Below are positions 1 to 11,470 of a DNA stretch of 64,000 nt, one piece after another. Source of the DNA: Haliotis rubra (Eukaryota); assembly GCF_003918875.1 (NCBI RefSeq), contig NW_025767246.1, positions 930,001 to 994,000 of the forward strand. The letters run 5' to 3'. The first letter of the stretch is position 1. Each line of letters opens with the position of its first letter. The notes under the pieces are model-generated. The model worked only from the letters and a program-made list of their open reading frames with translations, was not told where the DNA came from and did no database searches. Both the position numbers and the translations under genes were made by a program.

Positions 1-325
1 GCGCAAACGTTTCTTCTAGACAGAACTCAGTCATGTTATGGCGGATCAGTGGCGTCTCCATCGCCCTCGTTGACAACGGACAAGCTTGTGTGTAACATCA
101 ACACAAGTCCCCGGCAGATGGGGGATATTTGTGGCCCCTCATTTGCTTGTGTCAGTCAACTTGAATCTAGTCGATGTAACACGTGTTCTGATTGGATAGA
201 AAGAAGGGAGATAATTCGTGTTGCGATCTTTTGCCGCTAGGGGATTTTACGAGAACCGGGAAATATGGCCGTATTAGAACAGAGGTTCGTAGGAAGATAT
301 GACAAGTAACCTGTGTGAGAAGAGA

Positions 326-367
326 ATGGGGTTACTGAAGATTCATTCTAACCCGGATCTTCACGGG
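326..367 (-). mobile_element. SINE-B 5' head fragment
   Basis: Reverse complement reads cccgtgaagatccgggttagaatgaatcttcagtaaccc, matching the heads at 14387, 45636 and 45995. Confidence 0.8.
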
Positions 368-936
368 GCCAAGTCTAGATAAGGGGACAGTAGGAACACC
401 GGTCTGCTAGAGGAATATTTAATTTTATTACCAATGATCATTTAAAACTATTAATTATAACCTAAGGGATTTGTGTAAGCTTTGCTGATATGTATGCTCC
501 TTAGGGCACCGTAACAGATTTTAGTGTTCAGATATATCATCTCACTTAGTGACAACAGATTTAGAAACAACGCACATTAATAAAGTCATACTACATCACA
601 AATGGACGACAGTGTTATTTTACTACAGTGCTACTACAACCCTCAGTGCTACAGTGATGCTACATACAGTCTACGACCTAATCTACAGCTCTTGCCATGC
701 TGCTTTCACACGACACCAACTTAAAAACATAAACTGCAGACAAATGTGTCTGTTTGTGCTGTTATTGATTTAATGAGTTTTATTTTCGCATAAGGTGAAA
801 TTCTAGTTTTTTCCATATTTCATCAAAGATTATGAAGATTATCGGGGCTGACTTGTTTGAGTGGCATTCTAGAAGTTGCTGGTATAGAGATGACACAACT
901 TTATGGATGATCAACTTCTATATTTTAACAATAGCA

Positions 937-1332
937 ATAATTTTGGACACCCGAATAAAGAAGTTGTTTAACAAATGATCATTATTTTTTTGTCACTTTT
1001 CGCTGTTTCTTACGAGGGGGGGCCACTTGCTGGTAGAACAGCCAGGTGGGCGATTTGTACGTGTGAAATTGAAATTTCACTGTACACGCTTGTTGGTTAC
1101 CTGGCTGTTCTACCAGCAAGTGGTCATCCCTCGGAAGAAATAGCGAAAAGTGACAACAAAATAATGATCGTTTGTTAAGCAACTTTTTTATTCGGGTTTC
1201 CAAAATTATGAGACAAATCACCAGAGTTGGTCTGTCGATTTCATGTGACTGTGGAAAGTTTGATTTTGTTGCCTGTATTAGATTTTGTGTTAGTGAGCAA
1301 TTCATCGGTCTCAGATGAAGTCAAGCGGACTA
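937..1332. mobile_element. Fold-back MITE, relative of the 5880-6566 element, left terminus lost
   Basis: 937-1209 is a long imperfect palindrome (ataattttggacacccgaataa...ttattcgggtttccaaaattat). 1223-1332 resembles the right TIR of 5880-6566 (agagttggtctgt...gattttgtgttag...gcaattcatcggt...cggact) and is followed by TA. Confidence 0.75.
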
Positions 1333-1429
1333 TAGTTCATCAATTGACTGTATTTCGGAGCCCGGAACAACAAAGAACTTGAAGCATGTCTGTGATCGCT
1401 GGCAATGGTTATCGTGGAATCTGCAGGAA

Positions 1430-1585
1430 TGAGCGAACGAGTTGGTTTACTCCACTCCTAACAAGATTCCAGAAGGCGGCTGGCAACGCAAATATGGGCT
1501 TGATGCATTGTGCCCATGTAGGGAATCGAACCTGTTCCTTGGCCTAGCGAGCGATCGCTTTAACCGCTTGGCCACCTACCTCCCT
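1430..1585 (-). mobile_element. SINE-A, diverged copy
   Basis: cattgtgcccatgtagggaatcgaacc...gagcgatcgctttaacc aligns to the SINE-A reverse complement. Confidence 0.75.
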
Positions 1586-1656
1586 GAGAAGATGAGGGAG
1601 GCATGGCGAATGAAGATGATGTTTCCTTACATTTTATGTCAATATTCATACAGGCA

Positions 1657-1794
1657 ATATCCGTAGAACGTACCTCGTTAATGCGGACACCTGTCTTTCT
1701 GAACGATCTGTTTCATACGCACAATGAACATTTCATTATCCAGACGAGTTCTCTGAGAAAAGGTGAAGTCCGGATTATAGGAGTTTCACTGTAT
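1657..1794. mobile_element. Probable pogo/Tigger-like MITE remnant
   Basis: Right end gtccggattataggagtttcactg-TA is roughly complementary to the degenerate left end ccgtagaac..ctcgttaatgcggac. Confidence 0.4.
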
Positions 1795-1836
1795 GCAATG
1801 TACCTTGTGACATTCATATACGTTCTTCCCGGAATA

Positions 1837-1997
1837 GGGGCGGTGGGTAGCCTAGTGGTTAAAGCGTTGGCTCGTCACGCAGAAGACCCGGATTCGAATC
1901 CCCACATGGGTACAATGTGTGAAGCCCATTTCTGGTGTTCCCCGCCGTGATATTGCTGGAATATTGCTGAAAGCGGCGTAAAACTAAACTCACTCAC
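1837..1997 (+). mobile_element. SINE-A: tRNA(Asp-like)-derived SINE, full length
   Basis: A box TAGCCTAGTGG; B box GGATTCGAATCC; GTCACGC anticodon-loop-like segment; tail gctggaatattgctgaaagcggcgtaaaactaa(actc)n; 13-bp TSD tcttcc[c/t]ggaata at 1824-1836 and 1998-2010. Confidence 0.93.
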
Positions 1998-2538
1998 TCT
2001 TCCTGGAATAACGGTATCTTGGAGGTACTGGTATGTATTTTAACGTCAGAGGTGTCTTATTACGCTTCCTCGTAGAAACACTAAAGCTTGGTATTATGAC
2101 GATCCATGGCGTTGGAATACATAATATGAATTCTCACGCCAAGGCTCGAGAAAAACGTAATTAATATAACTCGGGAAAGATAACCTGTCATTCATAGTTA
2201 TTGTCTACGTAGCACACATTAAAAGGTCAAATTTGTTACATTCAAAAATAAAGAATGATCATGTTTGCAGTTCCTGTTGCAAGACGATTTCATAGTTGAA
2301 AATTAATTTAACCGAAAATCTATGTACGCAAGAAACTAACAAACAACAATGAAATGTGATAACAATTATATTCTAAAACTGACCAAGCTTAAAAATCAAT
2401 TCAGATTACAGCAGAGGGATTACTATGACAATATAGAATAAAGTGCCAACACAAATACAATGACAATATAGAAGCCAAGTGTTTGCATGACATTAAGAAG
2501 TGATAGACATTAAGGGGGAATGTCAGCGTCGGTAATAT

Positions 2539-2620
2539 GAGGAACTGCTGATGGAGGTATAAGATGATACTCCGAAACGTCGTGTTCTTCAAATAACAAG
2601 AAGTTGACATCCATAAAATT
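2539..2620 (+). ncRNA. Degenerate minimal type-I hammerhead-like motif plus conserved tail, Penelope-like terminal repeat remnant
   Basis: Stem I gaggaac/gttcttc; partial core CTGAT; stem II GGAG(G)TAT/ATACTCC; GAAAC-GTC; then aataacaagaagttgacatccataaa. Homologous copy at 42583-42660. Confidence 0.55.
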
Positions 2621-2692
2621 TCCCTATTTATAAAAAGCAGTGAAATAAAGAAATTCATACAATGTGAATAGGGTGGTTTACTGTAACAGTGT

Positions 2693-2856
2693 GACTGAGT
2701 GCGTTTAGTTTTACGCAGCTTTTAGCAATATTCCAGCCATATCACGGCGGGGGACACCAGAAATGGGCTTCACACATTGTACCCATGTTGGGAATCGAAC
2801 CCGGGTCTTCGGCCTGACGAGCGAACGCTTTAACCACTGTGCTACCCCACTGTCCG
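2693..2856 (-). mobile_element. SINE-A full length
   Basis: Reverse complement of the 1837-1997 element over its whole length. Confidence 0.92.
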
Positions 2857-2899
2857 TTAAATTAACAAGTGTCGTAAACGATTCACTTTACTGAAACTA

Positions 2900-3057
2900 G
2901 GGGCAGTAGGGAAGCCTAGTGGTTAAAGCGTTCGCTCGTCACGCCGAAGACCCGGGTTCGATTCCCAACATGGGTACAATGTGTGAAGCCCATCAGTGGT
3001 GTCCCCCGCCGTGATGTTGCTAAAAGCGGCGTAAAAGTAAACTCACCCATTCTCACT
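2900..3057 (+). mobile_element. SINE-A full length with a small internal deletion
   Basis: A/B boxes (gcctagtggtt, ggttcgattcc), body and tail match 1837-1997. Confidence 0.92.
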
Positions 3058-3862
3058 GACTTCAATTTAACTGACCAAGGACAACCGGAGAATCGAACCC
3101 ATGTCGTGGATATCCTGCAAACTGTAAAAAAGGGAAGTAACTCTCCATTACTGATTGTGTCCTATGTGACCTCTGTATAACCCCTAGCTCCTACACGGTT
3201 GCACAGAATTCTGAACATGTAGCCCTTCGTCATGCTCGTTGTTTCTGAACGTGTCCAATGTCCAAGTATCCTGTTTCTTGTAATCAGATATTTGCCTTGA
3301 GTGTAATATTCAATGGACATTGGCAATGCATGTAAGGTAAAACGCGAGCTTTCTGTTCCAAAATTCAGTTTAACGCCCTTAGGCTAGTAAGCAAGATCTA
3401 CACTAAAATAACATTTTTTTCACGTTTTTTTTCCTATTTATTAAAGGTCAAGGTCATTTGACAAAACTTAAACTTATTAACAGTAATTTTCTGCAAGCGG
3501 GGTTTTCGAATTAACAGAGCTCCAGAATAATGTCATTTCAGATAATCAGGAACTGTGTGTAAGCCCTTGGTAATTGTCTTGATAAAATAATATCAAAATT
3601 TAATATACAGTTGTGGATTCAGGGGACGGGGGGTGCGGGAGATACCATGACGTCAACAATGACATCACTGGATGTATTTTGCCCTCAAGACAGTGGTCAT
3701 CATTGCTTTTCAAACAAAACAAATCACAAAAGTCATGTGTGATTATTTTTTATGATAAATACGATCCAATCCTCGTGTACTTTGCTATCAAACATAAAAA
3801 AAATATTTGACGGAAATTTAAACGACTTGGGAGGTCTCTAAATTTTAAGTCTACATCGATGT

Positions 3863-4063
3863 GTTTGTTTACTTGTTTAACGCCGCACCAGCAATTGCCC
3901 AGCTATATGACGGCGGTCTGTAAATAAACGAACCAGACAATCCAGTGATCAACATCATGAGCACGGGATACGATGGCATGTGTCAATCAAGTCAGCGAGC
4001 CTGACCACTCGATCCCTTTAGTCGCCTTTTACGACAAGCATGGGTTGCTGAAGACCAATTCTG
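3863..4063 (-). mobile_element. SINE-B copy, slightly 5'-truncated
   Basis: ccagacaatccagtgatcaac...gtcagcgagcctgaccac...tagtcgccttttacgacaagcatgggttgctgaagacc is the reverse complement of 45995-46237. Confidence 0.88.
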
Positions 4064-5107
4064 AAAGCTTGCATTGACTTGTGTTGACATTTAAGACACC
4101 CTGTCGAGATTATATAAGAGTACACAGTAGTACATGACACCAACGAGGTGGTTAAAAGCCGCCTTAAATAGTATTCCCATAAAATCATGGTGAGTCAGCT
4201 TAATATTGGAGAAAAACCCGAAGTAATGAAGGTCGTAAACTTTTACCGTTTTGGTGAAAGCAGCATGGGTATGGTGCCGAAAAAACATAATATGACGCAT
4301 AATCACAGAGAACATGGATTCGAACCCAGGATCACAGTTTTTAGCACCATAAAAGACTCGACTCTTACTGGCGCCGTGGACTATCGGACCCTCCAGTACT
4401 ATTCATGACCCGAACGTACTATAAACGTGGGCGGGTGTAAAAATATATGTCAATACCATCCCCCACAGTGTTTAACTCCGACTGGCTAAGCACAGGACAC
4501 GATGCATGTACAATGTATTCATACGTCCAATTCCCCAAGTCTAATCATATTATAACCTGACATGGCACCGATAATGGTAAGTCGATCCGTCAAGGATAAG
4601 TCGTGATATATTCGCGTCGTATCTAGAAGGGATGTATAGGTGCAAATTCTATTCATGACTATTGGCTTTTTCTATCAGTAATGTCCTACCTGTCAATGGC
4701 CGTATGTCAGATTCGCGAGACAGAGCACAGAGCTGGCACCAGCAGTCCTGATATGGAGCCAGGGAGCAGGCCTCGTATATCTTACAATCAGTGTTATATT
4801 GACGTAAGCTTTGACACAGCCAGATATGCCATTAAATTTACTGCTATACAGCTGGTTAAGGAGAGATTTTTTGATTTTATGAATTTCTTACATCGCAAAC
4901 TGCCAGGCAAAAGAAACCACACCCCCATGTTTGATGGTGGCTTCAAAGGAAGCAGACAAGAAATGGTTATTCGATGACGATGTATTTGTCGTGGTGTTTT
5001 AACGAACGTTTTTAATCTGGTTACGTCTTTAAAATGTTTTTAATTATTACATAATATACATTTTTAAGAGTGAATTTTTTTAGCCAGGCAATTTACATTG
5101 ACAGTCA

Positions 5108-5405
5108 GATGGNNNNNNNNNNNNNNNNNNNNNNNNNNNNNNNNNNNNNNNNNNNNNNNNNNNNNNNNNNNNNNNNNNNNNNNNNNNNNNNNNNNNNNNN
5201 NNNNNNNNNNNNNNNNNNNNNNNNNNNNNNNNNNNNNNNNNNNNNNNNNNNNNNNNNNNNNNNNNNNNNTCGATGGATGTAGGGATGGATGGATGGGAGG
5301 GTGGATGTATGCATGCACGATGCATGGTGGATGGGAGGGTGAATGGGAGATGGCTGGTGGATGGATGGGTGATGGATGGATTGGCCTTAAGTGTATGGAT
5401 TGATG
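5108..5405. repeat. (GGAT)n-like microsatellite spanning an assembly gap
   Basis: ggatggatgg runs adjoin the N run 5113-5270. Confidence 0.8.
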
Positions 5406-5565
5406 GACCGATTTATTGTTGTTTGTTTCTCATGGTACGTATATTTAGACTTCCCTCAAATACTATGCTTATCTTCTTTTATATATAACCTGTATATTAT
5501 GTCGCATGTATCACGCCGCCATGTTTTAGCTATGATGTGGACATTTCAGTATGACGTGTACAATC

Positions 5566-5780
5566 TGTATGTATGACGCATCATGTTAACAAACTGTATG
5601 TATGACGCATCATGTTAACAAACTGTATGTATGACGCATCATGTTAACAAACTGTATGTATGACGCATCATGTTAACAAACTGTATGTATGACGCATCAT
5701 GTTAACAAACTGTATGTATGACGCATCATGTTAACAAACTGTATGTATGACGCATCATGTTAACAAACTGTATGTATGAC
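5566..5780. repeat. 29-bp minisatellite, about 7 near-identical copies
   Basis: Unit tgtatgtatgacgcatcatgttaacaaac. Confidence 0.95.
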
Positions 5781-5879
5781 ATGCATGTTGTTTTGTTTAT
5801 TGTTAAACGCCGTATTTAGCAATTCTCCTTCTATATGACCTGATCAGCAAGACTGGCCACCCGTTATTTGTCACGATTA

Positions 5880-6566
5880 CAGTCCGTTTGAGACAAAATG
5901 ATACCGATGAATTGCAATCTAACACAAAAACAAAAAGACATAAAAGAATCAAACCAACGCGGGGTGCAATAAAAACAACAGACCAACTCCAGAAAAAATG
6001 GCATATTTTTTGTCACAAAAATATAAAAAGTTGTTTAAGAAACTGTCATCATTTATTTGTGCGTTTTCCCAGTTTGTTACAAGGGCGCATTGGCAACTAA
6101 AGGAACAGCGCGAAAAGCACGTGCATTAGTGACGTCAGAGACATGTGATTACTGCTGATTGACAAAGTGAGAGAAAATGAAAGTTTATAATTTACAAAGT
6201 CTATGATTTCTTCAAGGATGAAAATGACATGGAGTGACCCAAGTATGCAATTACTAAGTACATACAGCGCACTGCCTGTGCAGCTGGGGGACGTGTCATC
6301 TCGCCAGCTCAAAAAATTGTTGAGAACCCGTTAACGCACGTGCATCTCGCTTTTCGCGCTGTTCCTTTGGTTGCCAATGCGCCCTTGTAACAAACTGGGA
6401 AAACGCACAAATAAATGATGACAGTTTCTTAAACAACTCTTCTTTTTTTTGTGACACAAAATTTTTTTTCTAGAGTTGGTCTGTTGTTTTTATTGCACTC
6501 CGCGTTGGTTTGTTGATTTTGTGTTAGATTGCAATTCATCGGTTTCATTTTGTCTCAAACGGACTG
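5880..6566. mobile_element. Tc1/mariner-type non-autonomous fold-back element (MITE) with ~240-bp TIRs
   Basis: TA|cagtccgtttgagacaaaatga ... tcattttgtctcaaacggactg|TA; the arms stay complementary inward to aaggaacagcgcgaaaagc / gcttttcgcgctgttcctt. Confidence 0.92.
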
Positions 6567-6606
6567 TACGTTCTATATATGGCGTGTGCAAAGTGCACAT
6601 GCAACA

Positions 6607-6768
6607 TGGGCACGATTGGGTAGCCTTGCGTTTATAGCATTCGCTGGTTACCCCAAAGACCTGGGTTCGATTCCACCATATTTGAAACCAATTTTTGGTG
6701 TCCCTCGCCATGATAATGCTGAAATATTGCTAAAAGCGGCGTAAAACCACACTCACTCACTCACTCAC
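6607..6768 (+). mobile_element. SINE-A, diverged copy
   Basis: gacctgggttcgattcca...gtgtccctcgccatgataatgctgaaatattgctaaaagcggcgtaaaacca(cact)n. Confidence 0.85.
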
Positions 6769-8650
6769 TTGCATGTATCATACATGTTCCCCTACAAATA
6801 GCCATACAGCCAGTATATATGATAACACATCTGACGCTTTTTAAAACACTGTCACATGTACACCGAGTCACCTCCGTCCCTATTTCCAATAAAGAACATG
6901 CATCCGGGCTTCTTCAAACTACCCATGTTCAAATACCTTGGTACAAGCGATAAAGCGTGACATCACACCCAGAGACTTGCACCAAGTCCGCAACGTGACC
7001 TCCATCGCCATCTCAACTCTTGTCATCTGAAATGAAGCGCAGCATCACATACGGTTTCAATCGCCTCTGGCAGTCTCTGAATCCCCAACTGTAGAAATCA
7101 GCATACACTTACCCCAATCACTCCTCCTCATCCTCTCCCCTGAATCATCTGCTGGGATGCCACCGTGAGCTTAATGCAATTACATCACATGATGAAACCC
7201 AAAATAATCATATCCGATATGGAATTCCATATAGATTGAGTATACAGTATCGTTTGAGGGTTATTTCTGGAACAGAGATGAAAAGCTTTCACGGTATAAA
7301 CCCATTTTTGACCGTATTTCATTTCACATCGTTTCTCAATTATTTTCAGAGAAAGAAAACGTTCTATTTATCAGATCGATGTGGTCGGGGACAATCGGAG
7401 TGTCCATAGCAAGGTTCCCTTATGTAGTTGAACCAAGACGAATACTGGAGCGAAAAAGCCTCGAACAGGGACCCAAGTAGGACTTTCCAGAGTGTTTACG
7501 AAAGAAGCCGAGGCACAGGACTACGATTCTCTCATCATGGAAGCAAAAAGAGCAATTCTGACGAGGAAGCTGATTACAGAGCAAGAACCGCTGTTAGGAG
7601 TTTGATGTATAGATTAAAGCCTCTTCCCATTCATTCTGTGATTTCGTGTCAGGTGGGTTTCAGAAGAGCCAACAATCTTCTCACTCTGCTTCCACAATGA
7701 TATGAAGGTAGCGCTTGTGTTCATCGCCATACTAATTGGTCGTTACTGAGGTCGTACATCATCATCCAAGTTGACATGCAAATTTGTGTGTTTTTAAATT
7801 TACTTAATTAAAAGAAGTAGGTTGATCCAGTTAAAGCTTCTTGACGAGGAAAAGGAGTGTTGTGGTATCAAAATCCCCAATTGACTTATACCGTCGGTGC
7901 ACGCCCGCCTGTACTTGCTCTGCCACAGGAAGATAAAACGAAACAAGATTATTCCGATCCGGGCGCACGGTATCCTGCGCAGAGCATATTTCAATCGCAT
8001 GAAAGTCCAAGAGTTAATCAAATTATTGAATGAAAGGCTGAAATGTTAGTAGGAAAACTCTTTATTTCTTCGTAAAGGCTTAATGAAATCATAGCTGTAC
8101 CCAATCAGCGGCAAATTAGGCGTTAAATGAGGTAGAGCGAGAGCACTTCCACTCCAGTATTTTGCAATGATGAAATGCACACTGGAAGTAATCTCTAAAT
8201 AGCGTGTTCTACAGAAAACCTCGGGTAACGAGAATTTGAAGATGCACGCGAGATTCTGCGATTTAATCCAATTTCTTGTCTTAATTCTCCAGCACCGTTT
8301 CTCAGGTTTCAGTGTGGTACAGGAAGTCCAGCTGACGAAAAGCGACACCTAGCGGAACAAGGGAGATAATCAGAGATAAGTGCAGTGGATAACACATAGG
8401 TTTTTTTAATGTTTTGTCCCGTGCTTAAACAGACAAATTAATCAAATGCTTGTAACACAAACATATCGCAAGGCCTGCAGACATCTATAATGAAAATATA
8501 TCAATGTCGCGCTGCCTGCAATAATGCTTCTATGAAAACAAAGCCTTTAGTTAGCAGTGATACTGCAACATCGCTGTGCCTGTAGTAAACAATGTTACAG
8601 CTATATTGATAGCATACAGTCCGCAAAGATACTGCTATAACAATAACATA

Positions 8651-9310
8651 TAGCCAGCAATAATATTGTCATATGACGGACTTGTAGCCAGCAATAATAT
8701 TGTCATATGACGGACTTGTAGCCAGCAATAATATTGCCATATGACGGACTTGTAGCCAGCAATAATATTGCCATATGACGGACTTGTAGCCAGCAATAAT
8801 ATTGCCATATGACAGACTTGTAGCCAGCAATAATATTGCCATATGACAGACTTGTAGCCAACAATTATATGGCCATATGACGGACTTGTAGCCAGCAATA
8901 ATATTGCCATATGACAGACTTGTAGCCAGCAATAATATTGCCATATGACGGACTTGTAGCCAGCAATAATATTGCCATATGACAGACTTGTAGCCAGCAA
9001 TAATATTGCCATATGACAGACTTGTAGCCAACAATTATATGGCCATATGACGGACTTGTAGCCAGCAATAATATTGCCATATGACAGACTTGTAGCCAGC
9101 AATAATATTGCCATATGACGGACTTGTAGCCAACAATAATGTCACTATATCAATGGCAAGTCGTCAGCAATATCAATGGCAAGTCGTCAGCAATATTTCG
9201 ACTATATCATAGACATGTAGTCAGCAATATTACAAATATATGAACAGCATTTAGTCAGCAATATTACAACTATATCAATGGCATTTAGTCAGCAATAATC
9301 CCGCTGTCAC
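8651..9310. repeat. 34-bp minisatellite (about 14 copies to 9140) with degenerate flank to ~9310
   Basis: Unit tagccagcaataatattgccatatgacggacttg, period 34 (8651, 8685, ...). Confidence 0.95.
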
Positions 9311-11070
9311 AGGACAGGTCCTCACCAATATTATATACGTATAGTACATTATTATATATTATACCACTGGGTCCTGTAAAAACCAATAATACAAGTATTC
9401 CATGGTTATCTGGGTTCGGGCTCGTATAACAAAGGCACAGCCCGGTCGGGACTCAATAACGAGATACAATCTGAAGAAATCCTGTCCACTATGATCTACC
9501 ATCTACTGGGGACATTAAATTTGATTTTGACCGAATGAATATCGTTTAAAGCCTTAGTGAGAAATATATCCAGGGATAGCAATCGAGGAAGCAAAACCGG
9601 TGGTTGATAGCATGAACAGCGCTCCTAGTGTACGTCATACAAATCAATATCAAATCAATCAGATCATGCATAGTGACCACCCGAGCTTATTGGCGATATC
9701 AAAGCCATCTAAGGCGCGAAGTTACGCTTGGAGTTACGTCCCTTATGAGTGTCATGATCCTGTTATCGTGGATTTGAATCTCAGAAAAGACCACATTTAT
9801 ACCAGTGGTTTGTCATGACCATGATCAAGTGTTGCACTTCGATCTTTCCTCTAACATTATGCAGAAACGCCGGAATAAAGCTTAAGTCATGTCTAATGCG
9901 GCGTAAAACACGACTCACTCACACATTATTCAAGGGAATGAGTGTATTCCCTTGTGACCGAGTTAACTGAATATACTCTATTCCTCCGCCAACGATGACT
10001 TTGAATCAATATTAACCGAGTTTGTTTGGAACTATACACCTCATTAGAAGTTGAGGGCGTTTCTGGCCCTAATTGTACACAGCTCATTATATTATCGTAT
10101 CTCCAACGTAACTTGATGCGTTACGTTACATATTTTACGAGCGCTGTTGTACATGTTTGACTAGAGGGAGCTATGTACATGCTCATGGAATCACACATTT
10201 GTACAGCTAATAAAAGCAATTCCGTTTATAATCAATAAAAACCTATTTTGAGCGGAAACTGCGTTCAAGACAAATTCAGTCTCCTGACCCATTTCATGAC
10301 TCTAATTCTGCAATTTCAGATTTAAAAAACGACGTTGATAATAATGTTATGGTCTGCGAACGCTTTCCTATATTTCACCACAAGTGCCAATACCGTTTAT
10401 CTGACCTACATAATTATTTCAACACCGACATCAAACCACAGACATGAAAATGCTCTGTTATTCAATACCCTGTGTTAACGTCTTAAACTCATTAGGCGTG
10501 GTCATGCAATCGGTGACAACGCCAGTATCTGCTTCCGGTTGACTGTGAAGGTGCGCAGTATATCAATCAGAACTATCTCTAATGGAGGCAACATGGAAAG
10601 CCCACCGCAGCTACCCCCACGCAACGCCGAGCACTGCCTTAGCATCGATATAACTATAATATGCATCCATTTATCAATACCTTCAAACTTTTAATGTACT
10701 TTTTTGACAGATTTATTCCTTGAAGCACAACTTCGGTGCTCTTTGAAACTTTTTAGTAGTGCGTAAAAAAAGCGTATTAAGAGTTTCTCAAGAATGTTAC
10801 AATGATGCGTGAATTCGTCATTGATTGAATGCATATTTGAATTAATGATGTAGCATAGTGTTAAGTGCTCTTCGTGTAGGATATTAAACTGAAAAAGTGT
10901 TGCTGATATTTCTGAACAGATTTTCGTTTGTATTTTAGATATGTGTGTAAATAAGCTAGATATTTTATTGAAATATACCTACATGGGCATCATTACGCCC
11001 CCACGCCCAGCACCGACCTATTCTCGCTGCATTCATACTTGCACACCCTGTTCCACTTCACACACCCTAC

Positions 11071-11072
<2 letters not shown>

Positions 11073-11113
<41 letters not shown>

Positions 11114-11230
11114 GTATATATGTACATATGTGTATGTATGTACATACGTACGTACGTATGTATATGTAAGTACGTATGTGTATGTATGTATGTACGGGTA
11201 CGTATATGTGTGTATGTATGTAGATACGTA
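11073..11230. repeat. (GT)n/(GTAT)n microsatellite
   Basis: Directly visible in the sequence. Confidence 0.9.
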
Positions 11231-11233
11231 TGA

Positions 11234-11399
11234 GTGAGTGAGTGAGTTTGGTTTTACGCCGCTTTTAGCAATATTCCAGCAATATCACGGCGGGGGACAC
11301 CAGAAATGAGCTTCATACATTGTACCCATGTGGGGAATCGAACCCGGGTCGTCGGCGTGACGAGCGAACGTTTTAACCATCAGGTTACCTCACCGCCCC
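11234..11399 (-). mobile_element. SINE-A inserted in the LINE 3' UTR microsatellite
   Basis: Full-length copy; perfect 12-bp TSD agatacgtatga at 11222-11233 and 11400-11411. Confidence 0.94.
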
Positions 11400-11470
11400 A
11401 GATACGTATGAATATACAGGTGGATATGCATTCAATTTGTATCTATATGAAATAAGGATGACGGACAAAA

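Noticed and set aside
1837-1905. tRNA-Asp gene
   Set aside because: No proper acceptor stem; it continues into a SINE body and tail with TSDs
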